A stretch of 64,000 nucleotides of DNA from the human T2T-CHM13v2.0 reference genome, Homo sapiens. The notes beneath the pieces are model-generated. The model was not told the origin of the DNA. It searched no databases and saw only the letters and a program-made list of their open reading frames with translations. Below, in pieces: positions 1 to 64,000 of this stretch; position 1 is the stretch's first letter, and every line of letters starts with the position of its first letter. The position numbers and the translations under genes are program-made. The stretch lies in NCBI RefSeq assembly GCF_009914755.1, contig NC_060941.1. One strand, written 5' to 3'.

Positions 1-725
1 GGCCTGGCTATGATGGATGGTGGGGAGGGCAATACATTTTTATTTTCAGAGGGATGAGGTGGGAAGAACAGCCATGATCTAGTAAAAAGAGACCTGCAAG
101 AAGCAGAAAATATTTAGAGAACATTTTAATATATATTTTCATATATATATTTAAAGTTAAGAAAAATAAAACTAATTCAAGCCATGCCCTGTGCAAAAAA
201 AAAAAAAAAAAAGAAAAAAGAAAAAAAAAGGAAAAGAAAACAAAAATTTAAAGTGAGACGTTTGCTGCTCTGGTCTCAATTTAAGAATCACAGTCAGCTT
301 GTTACTTTTATTTTGGAAGAAAAGATGTAAAAGTTTCTTTCAATCATTCAGAAGGCAAGTGTAGCCACTTATAAAAACAGAATGGCAGGAACAAACTAGG
401 AAAGGAAAGTCAGAAGTAAAGGGCAGAGTGGGAAAATAATTTTCAAAAATAAAATTAACAAGGTGACTGTTCCAGAAGAGGGCTGTGAAAAGGACATGGT
501 GGACCGAAGTCTGTTAGTCAAGTAATGATTCAACTTTTAAATTATTCTCTTGTTCTTTTTTGTTGGGTGTTTTGTTTGTTCAAGTCTAAGATTTGGAAAT
601 GCTGACCCTTTGTTAAGAGCCAACAGGACATATAGGATCCCTTCCCTCCCCCGGCCTGCCTCCGCTGAAGCCACCACCAGCGCCTCCTTGGCTGGATGCT
701 GGAAGAGTCCTCCATGTGTACGGAC
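1..725 (-). other. LSM12: LSM12 3'UTR (continues beyond the left edge), with U-rich tracts
   Basis: Repeat-free sequence after the stop codon; the A-rich run at 195-248 on + is a U-rich tract in the mRNA. Confidence 0.85.
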
Positions 726-31345
<30,620 letters not shown>

Positions 31346-31444
31346 TTAAGGATAAATGACCTACGTGGAATGAAAAGGGGAAAGAGGAGGGAGCTGCAGT
31401 CTCCATTATATGCACACCTTCCACACAAGAGTTTAATGAATGAA

Positions 31445-34442
<2,998 letters not shown>

Positions 34443-34871
34443 AAAAAAAAAAAAAAAAAAACTTTTCAAGAACAAAGTTGATTGAGGTAGGAAGAAACTA
34501 AGGAGACACTGTTCAACAGTATTCTAGGCAGGACCTCGCCTAGAATAGCTGAGATTTCTATTTTCTATGTGAGTTCCCCCAGATGACTGTTTCAAACTCT
34601 GTCGCGGGTGTGTGCCAATCCTCTTCCCATACCAACACTGTTACTATCTCTTGGTTTCATCTGCCTAAGCAGGGTTTTGGATGGCAGGAGGATGGGGGTG
34701 GGGGAAGCAAGGGAAGAACTGGAAGGAAGTGTGACTTTGCGCTATATGTGAGAATTCGCCTTTTTAGGGAAGACCCCTCAAAATCAAGAGACTTATCTGT
34801 CAGCCTCCAGATTAATAGCAGGCGAATTAGAAAGGGGGAGTCTTGAGGCTGGGGAGGAAGGAGTGAACTGA

Positions 34872-40550
<5,679 letters not shown>

Positions 40551-40828
40551 CTTCTTGTGTGCCTCCCTTTCCTTTCCCTCCCACAAAGCCAACACTCTGT
40601 GACCACCACACTCCAGGAGGCAGCCCCATCCCCTTCCAGCCCCTAAGTAGGCCCTCCCCTCCCTAAATCTGCTTCCGCACCACCTGGTCTTAGCCCCAAA
40701 GATGGGCCTTCTCTCTCCCAGATAAGTTGGTCCTCCCTCTGCCTTTCCTCTCAAGCCCCCAAAGAGCAAAGGCAACAGCAAGACCAGCGGGTTCTTGCAA
40801 CACTGTGAGGGGCAGCCAGGGCGGCCCC

Positions 40829-40834
40829 AATAAA
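40829..40834 (+). terminator. G6PC3 polyadenylation signal AATAAA
   Basis: AATAAA ~280 nt after the stop codon, followed by a U-rich downstream element. Confidence 0.85.
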
Positions 40835-41277
40835 GCCCTTGAATACTTTGAGATTCCTTTCTTGCCTATGCGCACATCTCCATGGGCCTTGCCTGTGTGT
40901 GCACAAGTGGAACCTTTGCCAGGCTGCTCCAGTAGTCTCTGTGCCATCTCCAGCCCTGTTTCCAGGGGCAGAGAGGCAGGAAAGGAGAGGGCTGTAAACT
41001 CAGGTGAGACCTCTCAGCCCTGGGTCCCCTGCCTCATCACTGCCTAGGCCACATGAGAGGTCCCATGAGATGCTGTGACTATATTCGGTATAACCCTGTC
41101 TTTTCACTTACAGGACAGATCTTGCGCCCCAACCTCCAGTTTCCTAAATTGGCTTCTAGTCCAGGGGCTGGAGAAAAGAGTAGTGTGTTTGGCTAGGAAG
41201 GAGGATGAGAACCTCTACTCCATTTGGGAGCCCAGAGAATAGAGACATTGGCCCCAGAAGGCACTGCCAGAAACAAG

Positions 41278-41283
41278 TTTATT
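41278..41283 (-). terminator. HDAC5 distal polyadenylation signal AATAAA
   Basis: TTTATT on +; the minus strand continues CTTGTTTCTGG (GU/U-rich). Confidence 0.8.
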
Positions 41284-42821
41284 TACACAAGGACACACAG
41301 TGTAACGGGTTACAAAATACTTAACTGAAATCCATATCCAGGGAGACAAAGCAAGGAGTGGGTTTACATGAGAACCAGACCAGCCACAGGGAGAGAGTGG
41401 GTAAGGGGCCGGGAGCCTGGGGCTCAGCACAGAGAGGCCTAGTACACTGAGCCTGGCCCCATCCCCATCCCCCAGGAGGATCTAAAACAAACACACAAGC
41501 ACACTATGAACCGATGGTGCTGGGACTCCTGCCCCTCCCCTGGCTCCCTCAATCCTGCTCAGGCCCCCATAGGATAATAAATATGTAAACAGATTGGTGG
41601 GGCCCTGGGGATAGAAGGAGAGAAAGTATATGTGGTACTGGGGAGGAGGAGGAAGGAAGAGTCAGCCCCCTAGGAGCCACTTCCCATCTTTGGTTTCCTA
41701 CAGGCTGGATGGCATCCCCTGGAAGCCTTGTAGGCCCACAGCCCCTGGCAGGGCTCCTGGGAAAGAGAAGGGACAGCGCCCAGCCCCCTCCTGGTCTTAG
41801 CTCCCTTGGGCTGGTGGTCAGCAAAGGGAGCCCAGAAGGTATGGAAGCTCCAGCTGAGAGCCGACTCCTGGATCCCTGGGTTCTGGCCTTACCCCTTCTA
41901 GAACCTCCATTCTCACCATCCCCAGGATCCAAAACAAAAGGCCCCAGGAGGGAGGTGAGCCTCTGCCCCTTCTCCCCGCAGCATGCTGGATGGCTGGGAA
42001 AATCTGGTCCTGACAGCAGGGGGGCTCTCACCAGCCTGGAGCCCCTCTGCAGGGACCACCTTCTCCCCTTGCCCAGGCTGTGCCAGCAGAGGGGCAGGGA
42101 GGCCATCCGAGTAAGGTGGGGAGCAGACCTGGTTCTGTTACTCCTCCTGGCCCCTGAGAACCCAGGAAACCAGTCCTCTCCTTCCCCACACACTTTCACC
42201 CTCTCAGCCCCGGGGAAGGGGAAGTAGGCTGTGAGGAGTGTGAGGCAAGACAGCCCTCCTCACAGACTGCAGGCCACAGCTTGGGCACCAGCCTCCCATC
42301 AGTGCTGAGACCAAGAGGAAGGAGGAGGAGAGGGGTCTGCAGAGATGGTGAGGACGAAAGAAGGGGAAAGGGTGGAGAATCGCAGGGTGGGTGCCCACCT
42401 CCCCTCCACTCTGCATCTTAAAGACAGTAGTGGATCCTCCAGATCCTCCCCTGAGGCTGGAGAAGGGAGGAGAGTGAAATTAAGGCATTTCCCCCCAAAT
42501 CAGCTGAAACCAAGGCACCGACTTCCCGTTCCCTCCTCACTCGGGGAGCCCCAGAACTGGAGAGTACTGTCTGGGCCCCCGTGCCCACCTTGAGCTGGCC
42601 CAGGCTCCAAGGAGGAAAAGGACAGACAGAATGCAGGAAAATGGGTGGAGGGACACATGGGACAGGGCTGGGAAGACACCACCACCCCCTGCAGAGGGAG
42701 CAGGCTTCTAGAGCTGAGGTGGAAGCCACAGGGCTGGGGGCCTGAGGCAGCGTAGAGGAGCAGGAGGGGCAAGGCTGAGAGACCCACACGGCACACCTTG
42801 TTGAATGTGTGACTTTTTGTT

Positions 42822-42827
42822 TTTAAT
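42822..42827 (-). terminator. HDAC5 proximal polyadenylation signal ATTAAA (candidate)
   Basis: ~55 nt after the stop codon, with a U-rich upstream element and GTGTG downstream. Confidence 0.65.
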
Positions 42828-42882
42828 AGAAAAAATAAACAAAATCACAATGGTGAAGCCCAGAGGGATGGGGGCCGGGGCG

Positions 42883-58343
<15,461 letters not shown>

Positions 58344-58547
58344 CTGCGGGCAGAAGAGACAGGAAGGAGTTAGTGGGCCCAGCCCCAGACTCCAGTCATG
58401 CCTGAGGCCCAAAGGCTACCACGCAGGATTCTAGGAGACCCAAAGAGAACAGAGACAGAGAGGAAGTCAAATCCCTCTGCTCCATGGATGCAACATTTTA
58501 CCTTAATTAAATGAGGCTGAAGCCATGAACTTCAATAGGAAAATACA

Positions 58548-63655
<5,108 letters not shown>

Positions 63656-64000
63656 CAGGGAAAGGTTCACAGGGGAGGACAAGGACCTGGGTCCTTCCCT
63701 CACCTGCCAGGACTTCACTCTGATGGGAATCAAGAGGCCAGTAGAGCCACCTCCTGCAGAGGTCAGAGGCAAGGCTCTGGGGGAAAGCCTTGGGCCCCCC
63801 GCACCCAGCTCTATACTTTCCTCTTTCCCAGCACTGAGAACCTTCCTTCTCCTGGGAGTGGTGGCCTCAGTAACAAGCAGCAGCACCATCCTGACCTCTG
63901 GTTTTCTGCAGGGCTGACCACCCTGCCTCCATGGGAAGTCCCAGCCTGGGTTGCTGAGTGGGTGGGGCTGTGTGTGTTTCGTTTTTTCTTTTTTTTTTTT

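Noticed and set aside
41549-42227. 216-aa and 172-aa ORFs in the HDAC5 3'UTR
   Set aside because: GC-rich composition, no recognisable domain; probably chance.

Overview
Human/primate genomic DNA that I recognise as the LSM12-G6PC3-HDAC5 locus (17q21.31). It holds the complete LSM12 CDS (minus strand, 5 exons, 195 aa), the complete G6PC3 CDS (plus strand, 6 exons, 346 aa) and the 3' 24 coding exons plus 3'UTR of HDAC5 (minus strand, residues ~32-1122; the 5' exons lie beyond the right edge). I read every exon boundary from the sequence, and all GT/AG sites and phases are consistent. LSM12 and G6PC3 are head-to-head, with separate CpG islands about 4 kb apart. G6PC3 and HDAC5 are tail-to-tail, with poly(A) signals about 450 bp apart. 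The rest is very Alu-rich, with older MIR/L2/L1M/MER fragments; most ORFs in the supplied track are Alu or antisense artefacts. I see no new protein-coding system. The most notable sequence-level observations are: a U12-type (minor spliceosome) first intron in LSM12; an exact 27-bp duplication in an HDAC5 exon; a candidate 18-nt poison/alternative-start microexon in G6PC3; alternative polyadenylation of HDAC5 that would gate miR-124/miR-9 sites; a MEF2+E-box element inside HDAC5; and a young AluYb-type insertion.
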